Shown here in pieces: positions 13,368 through 27,113 of a stretch of DNA of 64,000 bases. Source of the DNA: Botryllus schlosseri (lineage: Eukaryota). The notes under the pieces were generated by a model. It ran no database searches and was not told the origin of the DNA. It saw only the letters and a program-made list of their open reading frames with translations. The stretch is taken from the NCBI GenBank assembly GCA_051294905.1, contig CM119371.1, positions 4,776,001 through 4,840,000 of the forward strand, in the 5' to 3' direction. Made by a program: the position numbers and the translations under genes. Every line of letters starts with the position of its first letter. Position 1 is the first letter of the stretch.

Positions 13368-16300
13368 GTTTAGAGACAATGCCGTTAAGCGTATGATTAT
13401 GTCATGATTGTTCAACACTGACATCGCAAAACACAATGACATCGACTACTAAAACATAACTATTCATGTACTGCGAATGCAGGGTGCGTACTATACATGA
13501 GTACATGCTTTCCCTCAGAATTTTCACAACATTTTAAGGATGCGTATTGCGTATTATACATTGGGGCATACTATATCCGGAAAATTACGGTATTTGTGGC
13601 TTGTCGTTCCTGTCAGCAGGGCATGGTATGGTATGGAACGTTGATTTTCCATACTTCATACTTGCCTTACTCTCTCCATACCATACTTGCAATTTTCTAT
13701 ACCATACCAACATTGTTTCATACCTTACTTGATAGTTGATACATATTCCATACTTTCAAATACTGCAATATCATAGTAAATTACCTTTTCTAGCACCTGT
13801 ATTATGCTATTTCTAGTGTAATTATTGCGAATCTAATTCCTGGTGATAGTAGATACAGAGTGTGCTTTGGTGAGGTTTAGTTCACGGTGAGGTGTCGTGT
13901 ACGTCTACAGCTTCTGCGAGCAAAATGAGATAGTCAGCGGTTCGTTATCTAGTAGGACCCTCCATAAGAATATCATCGCATGTCCGATACATTGGCATTA
14001 GGCACATGCAAGTTTGAAGTAAAAATTAGCACAATAATTAATAATACAGGCGCACCCACAAAATATCACATCTGCAGGTGATGAATGCTGCAACGATCTG
14101 CGCGATTATTAGTAGAGTATTTAGTTGAGGTTAGCGTGGCGAGATTTTCAAACTATATCCAACGAACTCTCTATAATCCTAATGCGAGAGCGTTTGAAAT
14201 ATGACCCATAGGATACCTTGGTATGTAAATAGTGTAAATGTGACGGACAATGTTTCAGAAGAAATATAATTAAATGATCAATCACATTGAGCTATTAGTA
14301 CATTGCAGCATGATTGCTGGTAAGCTGTCGTCATTCAAGGAATGAGGTGCCGTAGTTAGTGTAGCCTACCTTACTGATTATTGCATAACATGATAGATTA
14401 TGCTCGGAGACGCCGTGTCTAGTAGAATATTGGATCAACCTTACTGTTGTCATTATTGACCTCTCTATATGGAAATGAAAGGTCCTCTAATGTATCAGAC
14501 TGAGTCTAACTATATTCGCGATTACGAGACAAAACGTCGTTGAACATATGCTACCTTGGTTTTGCGCTCGCAGAATAACTGTTGTCTAAAATTTTTGTGT
14601 AGCCTGTGCAATAGATCGTCAATCGACTGTGGCCCTTGGCTGAAAAGGTTGACCAACCCTGCACTAATCAGACCAACATGCCGGTAATATACTTCCAATC
14701 TAATTTCTGAAATATTTCTTTACTCCAATTCAGATTCTAATCGAATGTGTGGAATGTTTCTATGCTCTAATCTGCCATCTGGTTTATTGAAAATGCTACA
14801 GGAGAACTGTATCGTGTGAAACGAGCCAAGCTAACTGCACACACATTTGACATTCTCTTGCTTATGGAAAGGAACTCTGGTTTGCTATGACGTGAAATAG
14901 ATTCGACTTTGGAGTTCACACGAATTCAATAATTTTAATTCTAAACTAATTTGAAGAAAAAATGTGTAGCTATCTAGCTAATTTTGAACAGGTGAAAGAT
15001 TTCTAGTTTTCCAAGTCTGCCTTAAACCCATTATACAAGCCATCAATTTTAGCTTATCTGTCGGAAACACTTACTAGTGATGGTTATATTGTTGTGGATA
15101 GTAAAGTCCCCAAAGGCCGTAAATTGATACCAACACCGGCAACAAGCGATAACAGGACTAAACCTCAAGATTTTAGCACACATTATACACAGAGTGGACA
15201 GTACCTGAGGATCCTAATTTTAAAATTGGTTCTCTTTTTATAGTCCTCATTTCATTTTGAACTTTTGCAATCACAAGATGGAAGAATTTTGTATGGCATT
15301 TGACCATAATTATGAAAATACATAATGAAATGCTACATATATGACTTTTTGAATTCCCGGCGCCATTAAATATGATTTCAACACATTTCATTTCAATTTT
15401 AGACCTCGTAACTTGATGCCCGCATCAGTTCCCCCATTTGTAATCCAGTAGATCTGAATCGAGTATTAGCCTTCGAGTCAAGTTGGGTAGGGCCTATTCG
15501 AATATCCTTCATTGTGACGACATAACTATAAGAAAGATGTGTCAAGTTCAGATATGTACCGTTTAGGCCTATGCGATCACGAAGTGTTTACATACCAATC
15601 TACTTCATAAAACTAGTATATAATTTTATAGGAGATACAATTTGTACGTTCTTCAATGACTCCATGAACTTGGGTATTTTTCATAGTGCTCTAAAAACTG
15701 CCAGAGTTATTCCAATTCACAAAAAAGGCAGCAAAAATTCAATGTCTAACTACCGTCCCATTTCAATTATGTCAAACCTTTCCACTTTATATGAGAAATT
15801 GCGAGATTTGAGGCTCAAGAAATTTTTTGAATTGCAGTCAGTATTCACTCGACATCCCAATTTGGCTTTAGATCGGGTCATAACAATAACCATGCTACCC
15901 TTTCAATTGTGACAAATTACTACAAAATTATTAAACAAAAAAGAGTTGGCTGTAGTATATTGATCTTCGAAAAGCTTTTGATACTGTGAACCACAAAATA
16001 CTGATACGAAAGTTAGAGCATTATGGAATTGAAGGGATTGCCAAGTCCCTACTCATGAACTACCTGGCAAACCGTAAGCAGTTTGTTAAATTGGGTCTAT
16101 CAAAATCAGTAGAAATGGAAGTTGGGTGTCGAGTGCCACAGGGCTCAGTGTTAGGACCGACCCTCTTTTTGATCTACATCAATGATATTATCAACTGTTC
16201 CTCATTTTATACTACAATGTTTGCCGATGATACCCATCTTTTTCCTTCATCCGATACTATAAGCAACCTACAAAGTACTGTGCAGAGTAAACTTGTAATA

Positions 16301-16800
16301 GTCTCCCAGTGGCTTGCTGCCAACAAACTAAGTTTAAATACCGATGAAACTGTGATGATGCTTTGTCTGATGACCTTACTGTGACTCTAAATAATAACTG
16401 TATTTCACTGTGTGACTCAGCCAAATATCTTGGAATCGTTATGACTCTAAATTGTCATGGAAACCGCACATTGCTCACACCATAACACAGCTTGTTAGAT
16501 GTGTAGGTGTAATGACAAAACTCGAGCACAGAGTTCCTAGGACTGTGCTTAGGACAATTTACTTTTCGCTTTTTTACTCGTATCTACAGTATGGCATAAA
16601 TATATGGGGGAATGCTTGTACTTCATTTTGTTCTAAAATTCGTACCTTGCAAAACCGAGGCATGCTTTTGATGGTTGGCTTGCCCCATCAAACCAGACTA
16701 TCAATATTTTTCAAATGAATTGCCTCCTGTGTTTAATGATTTCTTCATCCTTGCTCAAACTGTTCACTCACACAATACTAGATTTTCCTCCCAGGGCAAC

Positions 16801-19800
16801 AGAGTCATATTATGTCAGTTGCTCCAGGCCATATTCCCACAATCTCAAAACTTCATGAAAATAGGCATACTTACAGAGCTTTGTTTTCTGATTTCAGAAA
16901 TCTTGATGTCAGCGAAAAAGGTCAAGTAGAACAGAAGGTATGACCGTCCAAAAATTGACATTTTTGTGATCGCTCGAGCGGAATAAATGACAGAAATATA
17001 TACATGTAACTTAAATTTGCCATAATTAGACACTGTCATACATGTTCATTTACATCCTACTTGATACTTTACCCCCTTCTTTGACACCTTGGGTTGCATG
17101 GTTGCATAGTCTTACCTTAAACCCAGTGATTCTGTTCATGTCTTCAAAAATCGCGCATGCATGACGTCATTTTCAATTACAAATATGCCAAGAGGTGATG
17201 TCATCAAGTGTAAGCTGTCATTGGAAAGCTCTTGGCACGGACTTTCGAAATCAACATTAACATTCTTGGATATAGAATCATTACATACCATAAGAGTGCC
17301 ATGAAACTAACCTGCAAATAACATGTTTTAAAAATTTCATCAATCTTAACATGACACAAACTCTGGGGAACAACTAATTTTACTTTTATTCTATATAAAG
17401 TACCAATTGATCTATAGACAAGCAAATCAGTATAACTCAGAACAGATAATTGCTGACATAAATTATGCTGGAAATAATGTGAGATATTTTTGATAATTGG
17501 AGAAAAATTTGCTACACAGTTTGAACACACAGTACTTTAAAAATGAATCAGAATTCACAACTAACGCAATGATAAGATGCAATATATCATGTGTTCTATA
17601 CAATACATCTGGGCAACGGTCAGCACTAAACAATGAAATGAACAATACCGGTAACAATGAAATCCAATATCAATAACCTGCGGGTTCAGGGTTTGTAGTT
17701 TTCCTATTATGGTGAGATATTAACGATGCACATATCAGAGTCTTCATGCTGTTGGTGAATCTCCATTAAAGCTGCATTCTCTTTCTGGTAATCGAAAAAT
17801 TGACATATCATCAAAGATAAGCATATCGGATATGTGCATAGTTAATATCTCATCATAATATTAAAACTACCAACCCGCAGGACATTGATATTGATTTTCA
17901 TTGTTATTGTTCATTTCATTGTTTAGTGCTGATTGTGGCCCAAATGTATTATGTAGAATAGCCTACATAAAATATTGCATCTTATCATTGCGTTAGTTGT
18001 GGATTCTGATGCATTTTTGAAGTACTTGTGTGTTTACCTCAAACTGTGTAGCAAATTTTTCTCCAATTTTCAAAAATATCTCAAATTATTTCCAGCATAA
18101 TTATGTCAGCAATTATCTGTTCTGAGTTATACTGATTACCTTGTCTATAGATCAATTGGTACTGTATATAGAATAAAAGCAAAATTAGTTGTTTCACAGA
18201 GTGTGTGTCATGTTAAGAAGGTGGGATTTTTAATTAAAACATGTTATTTGCAGGTTAGTTTCATGGCACTCTTATGGTACGTAATGATTCTATATCCAGG
18301 AATGTTATTGTCGATTTTGCAAGCTTTCCAATGACACACTTGATGACATTACCTCTTAGCCAAAAGATATTTGCAATTAAAAATGACGTCATGCATGAGC
18401 GATTTCTTAAGACATGAAAAGAATCACGGGGTTAAAAGTCAGGCTATGCAACCCCAGGTGTCAAAGAGGGGGGGCAAAGTATCAAGTAGGACGTAAATGA
18501 ACAAGTGTGAAAGTGTCACCCTCAACAACCCTAATTTGACCAAAATATAGCAAATAAAAATGTTCATGAAAATCTCAGATGGTGGGGGTCAGGCGCGTAT
18601 CCAGAGCGCGAAAAAGGGGGGTTTTGCGTTACGAAATTGTCTATTAACACGTCATGATTACGATCACTCGTCTCCACGCCATGGCGAAGATTCACGAAAT
18701 ATTATAATAATAAATCGAGAATTGCGGTGAGTGGGAGATGTACGAATACGATACAGACATTGCCTGAATATCGCGTTTTTTATACGGTATGATTGAAAGA
18801 AATTCGTAAATGCTCACATTTAGTAACGAGCCGGCAAGCGCCAAGTTCCGGACAGAGATGGGCCATTTTGTTGGGTTTTGGTGATATTACGCGCACGGCC
18901 GGTAGCAGCGCAGCGGACGAACAAGCGCGGAATAGGGCGGTAGCATAAACGAGGGCGATCGCGATCGCCACAGAGAGGTGTGATGTGAACAGCGTACGTG
19001 GTACACGAATGTGTGCTTTTCGATGGCTTTACTAGCCGTCCGGCTGAGTGTGTAGTACGCGCGAAGATAATTAGACCTTAATTACAATAACGCAAGTCAG
19101 TCAATGGTAATACAGAGTACACACTGGGATAATAACTTGATCGACAGAGAAACTTGTCAGCCGATATAATTAGGTTAGCTTTACTACTAGGCCTACTCAA
19201 TTCTCCCGTTCAGCGGCAACATAGGCTTGAACTTCAACGACAGCAAGCCACTTAACAATCGGGAACGTGGATGGCTAGGCTTGTATTTGAAATGTGAATG
19301 TCAATCGTAGGCCATTTCTCGCCAATAATCGCGAAGACAATGTGGATTTGAGAACAGCATTGTCGTACTGGTGCCGTCGTGTCTGCGTCTCTCTGATCAA
19401 TCAACACGCAGTGCAATTCTTAATTAGGATTTCAAGGCGAGCAGGTGCAGCGAATTCGCGGTTGATGTTGATTGCCGACAACTTCGTCTTTGCAATTACG
19501 TATCGCGTTGACCAAATAGATTAGATTTTCCTAAATGCGTCTCTCGTTTTAGCAATGCGAGAGAGAAATCGAGGGAAGAAAGTTGAGAACGCCGGCAACT
19601 GCCACAGCTGAAATGTAGCGGAACAAGCGTAGAATTTGTATGGAATTAGCGAAATATAATGACTTATTTTATCCTTTCGACTAATTCGGCGCATGATTCC
19701 AATATTTTTTAGGGGTTTTAGTCCCCTTAAATAACATTAAGACGCCATATTCGCCTTCTCATACGTAAAAACGAATATGTTAAACTAATAAATTAGCAAA

Positions 19801-19935
19801 TATTGGAGGCTATATTTGACATCAATTTTTAGGATTTTGAAAAGGGGGGGTTCCGACCCCCTAACCCCCCTGGATACGCCCCTGGTGAGGGTACATTTTG
19901 AAATTTTTCTGGAGCAGCTGAAATGAACTGACCCA
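16801..19935. mobile_element. Non-autonomous foldback DNA transposon inside the LINE
   Basis: Interrupts the LINE frame at SSQGN|YFQR. Imperfect TIRs gagtca..tcagttgctccag / ctggagcagctga..tgaccc; flanks GCAAC/GCATC (possible 5-bp TSD). Internal ~700-bp inverted arms at 17030-17736 and 17830-18517. Confidence 0.75.
18590..19884. mobile_element. hAT-like non-autonomous element (CpG-rich)
   Basis: TIRs CAGGCGCGTATCCAG / CTGGATACGCCCCTG; 8-bp TSD GTGGGGGT/GTGAGGGT (one mismatch). Confidence 0.85.
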
Positions 19936-21004
19936 GCATCTATTTTCAACGACCCACCAGTAACCTCACAAAGAAATCGATCGACTATGCCGGTACTGTC
20001 ACATGGAATTCTATACCCTCATCAATACGGGACCCCCCATACCACTCCTTTAAAAAGGAATTATTAAGTCACCTTGTCTCCCATTATTACTGATCTGCTT
20101 GTCTCACACCAAATTTGTCTTTTGTCAGTATTTTTATTATTCTGCTGAGCTGAATTGAATTGATTGATCCCAACCAATTACATCCAAATTTATGACACAA
20201 TATTTGTATTTGTTAATACAGGGTGTGATCAGACCAGTTGACCCTACCCAGAGTCATATCGGTCACTCCCTGTCCTATACCGTTCATTTATTGTTGTTTC
20301 ATGTGCCAATGTCGTTTTCTTTACGGTTGTACAAATCAATAAATCTCTCTCTCTCTCTCTATAATGCCAGTTTTATATCACAATAAAGATAGCTTGTTGA
20401 TTTTAGACCATAATCATTTCATTCAATTTTGGACAGCAATTCGTGTTTTCAATCCTTCCACAGAAAAAATAGCATTGAAACTATAATTCTCGTTGTCAAG
20501 TTACCTCTTAGTTGCAAGGATCATATGATTTCGAGACTAAAAAATGTCCCTTATTATAATTTTATTTTAAATTTAGCATTGTGGGACCCAAATATCGTTC
20601 TTGGTTTCATAAGGTTTAGTTGACTCTGCAAATGTGCAATAATACAAGCTCATAAGCCCGCTCAATCCAGTTCTAAAGATGGAGTTCCTATCGTATATAG
20701 TATTATCTTTCATAATCCAACATTTCATACCGTACCAGGTACTTCTATGGGTTGGAATTGAGACATATGCATCATTCAATATTTTTGTAGATAACCCAAT
20801 AATTCTATGAGGGAGCCAGTACAGTTTGAATGAAATTTTTGATTGTTATCAAAAATTAATGATTTCTACCTAATAGCTTTTTTTTTCAACAAACTTGGCG
20901 ATTTCATCAACTATAGCCAGTAAAATTCGGAAACAGAAGTAATTTTTAAACAACTCCACCAGTCAGTCTACTTTACACAGCCCAAATAATATAACACTAT
21001 AATG

Positions 21005-21826
21005 CAGTGCTCGAGAACCTATGGCTCGCGAGCCATATATGGCCATGTTGAGTATAAGATATGGCTCTTTGCCAACTATTTATTTCTGTACTGAATTGAT
21101 CAATATTGCAGCGACATGTTGGTAAATTTTCAGTGCGACCAGAACAATTATTCTCGTGCCAGTATCAACATGTCTTTGAGAGGTAAAGACAATGCCGTCT
21201 TCAGGTTTAGCACCCCCTCTTTTCAAAATCATCAAATTTAGTTACTGTCACGCCGGCGGTTAATATCACTCACGAATTATATGTACCAGACTTGAAATCT
21301 TGAATTGTGCGATACGTTGATTAATCAAAGAGCATAGCAGACATGGCAACACCCATTTGAAAATGCGATCCCCGTTCTTGGTTGGTAAGTATAGCGCTGT
21401 CCGCTGTGTAGTACCGGTTATAAAATGTAGGCGTGTAGCGCAACGTCATGTTACCGGCGAATACTTTGAAGATTGAGAAGTCGATAAGTACTTACATTTA
21501 CTGAATCAGTTTGACAGTCACATTCCATTATTATCAGTTATTATAAATTCGAACCTACTTACGATGAATTGCGTTATCAACGGTGAGGCTTGGCCCGTCT
21601 GTGCCTCACCTCTCGTATTTTCGAACAATAAATACCAGTTTTTACACGGAAAATATGGCGCACACGAGGAATCCCATGTAGCGAGTTCAAATTAGTGCTA
21701 CCATTAAGTCGCGAATTGTCAATTGTGATGTAACAGTTATTTGGCATGTATTGCTCTTTGGGAGTTGAGATGGAAAAAAATAGGGCCAATATGGCTCTTC
21801 GGACAAAAAAAGGTTCCCGACCATCG
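21005..21826. mobile_element. hAT (Charlie-like) MITE
   Basis: Degenerate TIRs CAGTGCTCGAGAACC / GGTTCCCGACCATCG; perfect TSD CTATAATG. It is absent from the paralogous arm near 32060. Confidence 0.82.
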
Positions 21827-23221
21827 CTATAATGTGAATGGGAACATTGGCAGTATCCCAAATAGATATCTTCAAGAATATCTTCAACTTTTTAAGACAA
21901 TATTAATAACTTTCACCACCCATTTCTCATCAAATCAAAAGGAAAGGTATTTCGAAAGCCAGAACTGTTTAGATCTGCTTATTGAGCTTTTCTAACGAAC
22001 CTGGCGAGTCCATACGATAATCTGCAAGCCTTCAAGAAACCACAAATTTTCGTTTAGTCACGAAAACCAAAATCTATCCCATTACACAACTGATGCATTA
22101 CTATGGAATACTGGTGCGCAAACTCAATTATGCATAAACAACATCAAAATTACCAAGCAATTATTAAATGATTCTACAAAAAATATTATTGAAGATTTAC
22201 TGCAAATAAGGGCGACTTCTGCTGTGTTAGTCTGGTGTATGTCTTGACCCCCAGAGTACCGCTGCGACTGGCTCAGCGAGACCCCGGGGTTCATGTGATT
22301 GAAAAAAATAAAATACGATATCGGACTACACATATGAATTGAATATCTGGAAGGCGAGTCGCGCTGAGAGCAACAAACAATTTTAATACTCCTGATTATT
22401 CAGTCAATAATATCATGTAGCGTCAGCATACGGATATTTCAGTTTTGTCTCTTCTACAAACCAACTTGAGCTCATCTTAAACCTGTCCGCACGCAATCAG
22501 AAATTGGCAACTCTTTGCAGGTTTTACAGCGTCTGTACTCAAGTCAACTTAGGTTTAGTCTCAGACTTGGACATTTCTTAGCGAACATGAAAATTTAATT
22601 TCAAATGCTGTTCATTAGGAGTCATTAAAATGTGCTACATTATAAAGAGTGGCATTCTACGAAATGCGTCCTCGCCATGCTTTGTGCTTTATCAGAAAAT
22701 ATCTCAACAGATAACAAGCAGACTTAGAGAAATAGATTTCCAGCTTTACGAAAATATACTAGAATTATGAGTCTACTGATACATTTATTTTCAAAACATA
22801 TTACAATTTTCTGAATTCGTGAACACTTGAATCAAGTTCACTTCATATCAGAGTCCATTCTCATAAGCATGAGAAGAGAATAGCAAATGTCTGTATGGCA
22901 AGCTTGACTGGAACTACTATACTGTAGCATTTCCAGGAAAACTAGACATTAGATCAGAATTGGAGTAACGACTCAATGCACAAATTAGAGGAGTATTGGA
23001 TTGCTGGCATTTTCCTCTAATTAAACGGAGGAAACAACTAGATCTATCTTGTTGACCAAGTCTGTATCGGCTATATACATTTACCAGTTACACTCAAGTC
23101 AGGGAAATTTTCTGTTCGTTCATAGGTCTGGTGATCAGTCAAAATCAAACATCGTTGATAAACGATGGATGTTACGACACAATAAAAACATTTCAAATCA
23201 AGATAATATTGGGATGATGGC

Positions 23222-23512
23222 CGATTTTATGGGACTGAATTCTGATTTGATATCGACTGAGCTTCATTTTTTTGTATTTCTTTGTGATGTGGAATTTAAT
23301 ATTTTTCTAGTGTTATGTTGATATGTAATGTATACGAATAAAGATTCTCTCTCTCTCTCTGCCGTTGAAAAATTTCAGAACACAAAATGAGAATGAAATA
23401 AGAATTACTGAATTCGCAAAAGCTTCAAACTTGAATTAAATTCCACATCACAAAGAAATACAAAAAATGAAGCTCAGTCGATATCAAATCAGAATTCAGT
23501 TCCATAAAATCG
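23222..23512. repeat. Near-perfect ~78-bp inverted duplication enclosing a LINE-like 3' tail
   Basis: 23222-23300 is the reverse complement of 23435-23512. Between them is AATAAA..(TC)n at 23337-23360. Confidence 0.85.
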
Positions 23513-26005
23513 AGAATAGGGAATGTCTGTAAATAGAGTTTTGTCAATTTCGCACGATTTCTTGTAGCATTTTCAGAAAGAGCAGAACTTTGATTAGAAT
23601 TAGAACACATTACCATTTCACAAATTAGATTTCAATTATATAACTTCCGTACTATTTAGTCTAATAATACAACTAGAATTAAATAGTTGTCCAATTCGGT
23701 TGTAGTGCTAATAAACATAGGCTGTCACCCAGTATCTCGTGAGTAGTCGTTTGTAAGTCTCGCTGTGAATTTGTTTGCATTTACACTTATCATTTTTCCG
23801 GGCATTGTGTTGGCAGCATGAAAAATACCAAACCAATTTTCAAATAGTAATAACCCTCCTAATTAGATAGAAACAGGATAAGAAAGTGGTTGCATTTTAA
23901 AAAGAGAAATTCAGCTCGTAATAGGTGATTGCTTCAGTTTAAACAAATTCAATCACCCATGTATGGCAGTAATGATAAAACACTTAGTATCATATCAAGG
24001 AGTGTATGATTACAGTACCGTACTTGAAAAAATCATCTTTAATTACTCAACTTGAATCATCACAATTAATAGGCCTACTACATTCGTGAACGTTACTGGA
24101 AGCATTGTGCCTGTGCCCAACGGTACTCATGATATTTTCAACAGTGAAAATATGAATATAAGAACCAACAATATTATACCATGATTAAACAGCTCTATAT
24201 GCTTCTAACACAAATCATAATGCGACTTTGACCAAACAACATGAGACAATATCAATATAACTTTCAGGGATGCAACCTTTATATGACAATAATACAGTAA
24301 GTTGGAAGATTTTGAAAATTAGCCAACGTGCTGCAATACCTTCTCTGGTATGCTCCACACATTGGAGAATGTTTCCCATGATTACCAACAATCAATGTTC
24401 CCCATGAACATGCTGACGAGTGACATTTATGGTTTTTGTGTGATATTTAAATGCTCTCTATTTTCATCTCTTCTGTCTTCACCTGGATATCTCTCTTAAT
24501 CGATAAGACAATTTAGTTGCATTTGACTTGTGAAATACAATGCACTTTTTGAATGTGCGCGAACAATACATCATTTCCGATCGCCAAAACGAAAATGTGG
24601 CAGTGTTAATTATTTCATTCACGTTCACGTACCATAGTCATGGTATTTTTGGGAACACCGATTGCTGGTGATCATGGGGATCACTTCACAATGTGTAAAG
24701 GAGTACTGAAAAAGTGCTGGAGAATGTCAGTAGCCTACTCAGTATCCTGACTGGAATCGCTGGCCGTTTTGCCTGATATATCAGGTGAGCAGCGATGATT
24801 TTTTAAGTTGAAGTAATTTAAAAACAAAATTTCAAAAAAAGAGACATAGTGTGAGCACAGAACATCGATTCCATACAGGCTCAGTATCACAACCTTTTCA
24901 AAGATATATCTTTATACAAACTCTATTACATGTCCTTGTCAAGATAGACATGCATGGAAAAAGCACCGTTCTCCGTCAGACTTGAGCAACTACTGGATTT
25001 TCAAATTGAGTAACCAAAGTTCTAATCACTCACTTTTAGACACGGTAGAAAAAACTCTCCCAACCAGAAATCACAACTATAGATTCAATCCCGAATAGAC
25101 ATCATCTTTATCTTATTAGAATCGGCTTTCCGCATGAACAATGAACATCAGTGCAAATTTGAAATGGGACGGGTTTGACCATCAAAAACCACCTCATTGC
25201 TGTTCAACTGTTACTAGTGATGATTCCGAGCTAGCAATGTCTGCAAGCACATCACCCAATAAAACACTGGCATCACAATTCGCGTTAGATGACAACAAGT
25301 TCTCTACTTCTGATTCAAGTTTTAGTTTATCAGGAGCTAATTTTCTTTTAAATGCACAGTGAGAACTATAACTAGACTCTGTTCAAAATCATGACCTAGA
25401 ATTTGAACTACTTGAAAATCATAACTAGAACTAACAGCTAAACCAGAGATGCCACTGGGATATTTCGGAAAAACCCAGATGTGGAGGCGAAATAAACCCA
25501 GAAAAACCCAGATCCTATATTTCACTCAAAAGACACGAGATAGCTGTGAAAGTGGAGCCCGATAGTCGTCGAATACACTCATACAGTCCTTGAAGCCTTT
25601 GATATTGAATTAAGAACAGTTCATAATATACATTTTGCTTGGTTAATACTGGGAATCGCACAAAAACATGTTGTTTTCCTCTCGACACATCGCAATGAAA
25701 TAATTGGGGCGCAGCGTGAATACTTAATAGTGTACCGGCACTAATTCTATCATCGCGCTGCGAAAGTTCAATGCAATGCCATCCATTCCCTATTTCTAAG
25801 GATGATTTCATGTATTTTCAGCGACCTGGACAGATTGAAAGTAGCTTTCGATTGATTAATCCTGACAATCACTTTTATTTGGAATAATCACAGACCAATA
25901 TATAGTGAAAATAAATACCGTAACTGCCAAATCATGAAATTCAGGGTTAGGGTTCGAATGTGCTGATAACCAATACCTCTGATTAACTTGCTAGGGGTGT
26001 CCAAA

Positions 26006-26027
26006 TAACTAACTAACTAACTCTCTC

Positions 26028-26066
<39 letters not shown>
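26006..26066. repeat. Compound microsatellite (TAAC)n(CT)n
   Basis: Read directly from the sequence. It may be a retroposon tail. Confidence 0.9.
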
Positions 26067-26070
<4 letters not shown>

Positions 26071-26244
26071 GTCCCTGTTGGAACTATAAATATACTCAGA
26101 TAACAGTAGGATTATATTAGTCGAATCATCACTTGGTCTGTTCTGTTCATGTGCTTGTGCATACCATGCAGTTATATGATATTTATCGATACATGCCGAA
26201 TTGTTCACCAAGTGCGGAGTTCGCTACTGGCAATCGTCCTATAT

Positions 26245-27113
26245 CAGGGGCGGGCAACTTCTCCATCAGGCGGGCCGGATAGGGGAACATGAACATGAGG
26301 CGGGCCGGATTCCTGAATTTGTTTTTAATGATTTCAGGGTAACTCCCCCGTGAAAACGCGCCGCACGATCCGCCCATCCTACCCTTCAATATCCTTTGTA
26401 CATATACAATCCAGAGACGCACACATTCCTGCAGCTGGGCGACCGATTCACGGGCGAGCCCAAACCGGTGATAAGAATGTGAATAAAAACCAGAGTATAC
26501 ATGACAGATAGTCGCGCGGAGCGCGAAAATTTTTTGCATAAATAAATGAATGAATTTGATCAATGATATTCGTGAGTGTATGAGCAAGTGGTTTCCTCAA
26601 AAATTAACAGCACTTATAATTTTAAACATTGATCATGGCATAAAAATATACATTCATGAGCTTATCGCAGATTGTTCACCTCGGGTATGGGTTCATTCTT
26701 ATTAATTACTTTGTTGAAAACTCCTGCAACCCAACGGCCTCTGGCTATTCTAGTGTATTTATGATACTGTATTCTCATAATCAAGACAGGCACGTAGAGA
26801 CAATAAACCGCGGCCGGCGCGCGAATTTTTTTTAGTTTGAATCCATCTGCCCGAAAATATTCCACTATTTGTAAATATTACGAATATTCTCGAAAAATTT
26901 GGGAATAACATGATTCCATTCGCCCCTGGATACGTCAATGCGGTGAACATCAGTTGTATTGGAAGGTCGCTTTGTCGTGCTAATGTTCCTGCTTGAAAAT
27001 GTTTGCGCCTAAATGCCTGTAGACGGCGACGCGGGCCTCATCTTCACGTAAGACCGAAAACTGTCGGCGGGCCGCACAAAATCCCGTCGCGGGCCGTATG
27101 TTGCCCGCCCCTG
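26245..27113. mobile_element. hAT (Charlie-like) MITE nested in 25444-27443
   Basis: TIRs CAGGGGCGGGCAAC / GTTGCCCGCCCCTG; perfect TSD TCCTATAT. Confidence 0.92.

Larger units (their letters stand above)
11232..13590. mobile_element. pogo-like MITE (family 'CCGTA') carrying nested hAT elements
   Basis: ta|CCGTAC...TTACGG|ta. The ends are homologous to those of the 37924-44651 element. It contains a CAGGGGCGTATC end at ~11564 and two hAT MITEs. Confidence 0.65.
15588..20360 (+). mobile_element. 5'-truncated CR1/L2-clade LINE (RT remnant) with nested insertions
   Basis: RT motifs NYRPIS, DLRKAFDTVNH, VPQGSVLGPTLFLIYIND and MFADDT. The C-terminus resumes after 19940 (YFQRPTSNLTKKSIDYAGTVTWNSIPSSIR..FKKEL). 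It ends AATAAA + (TC)n and is frameshifted. The empty site is visible at ~32795-32815. Confidence 0.92.
14690..22200 (-). repeat. Left arm of an old inverted segmental duplication (partner 31670-33650)
   Basis: After removing the LINE (15588-20360) and the hAT (21005-21826), about 2 kb aligns in reverse complement with 31670-33650 (e.g. caagctatctttattgtgatataaaactggcattata; tgggtggtgaaagtt..gtcttaaaaagttgaaga). Confidence 0.85.

Noticed and set aside
24300..25370. Possible decayed minus-strand coding sequence
   Set aside because: The composition looks coding-like in patches, but there are many stops and I cannot name a family.
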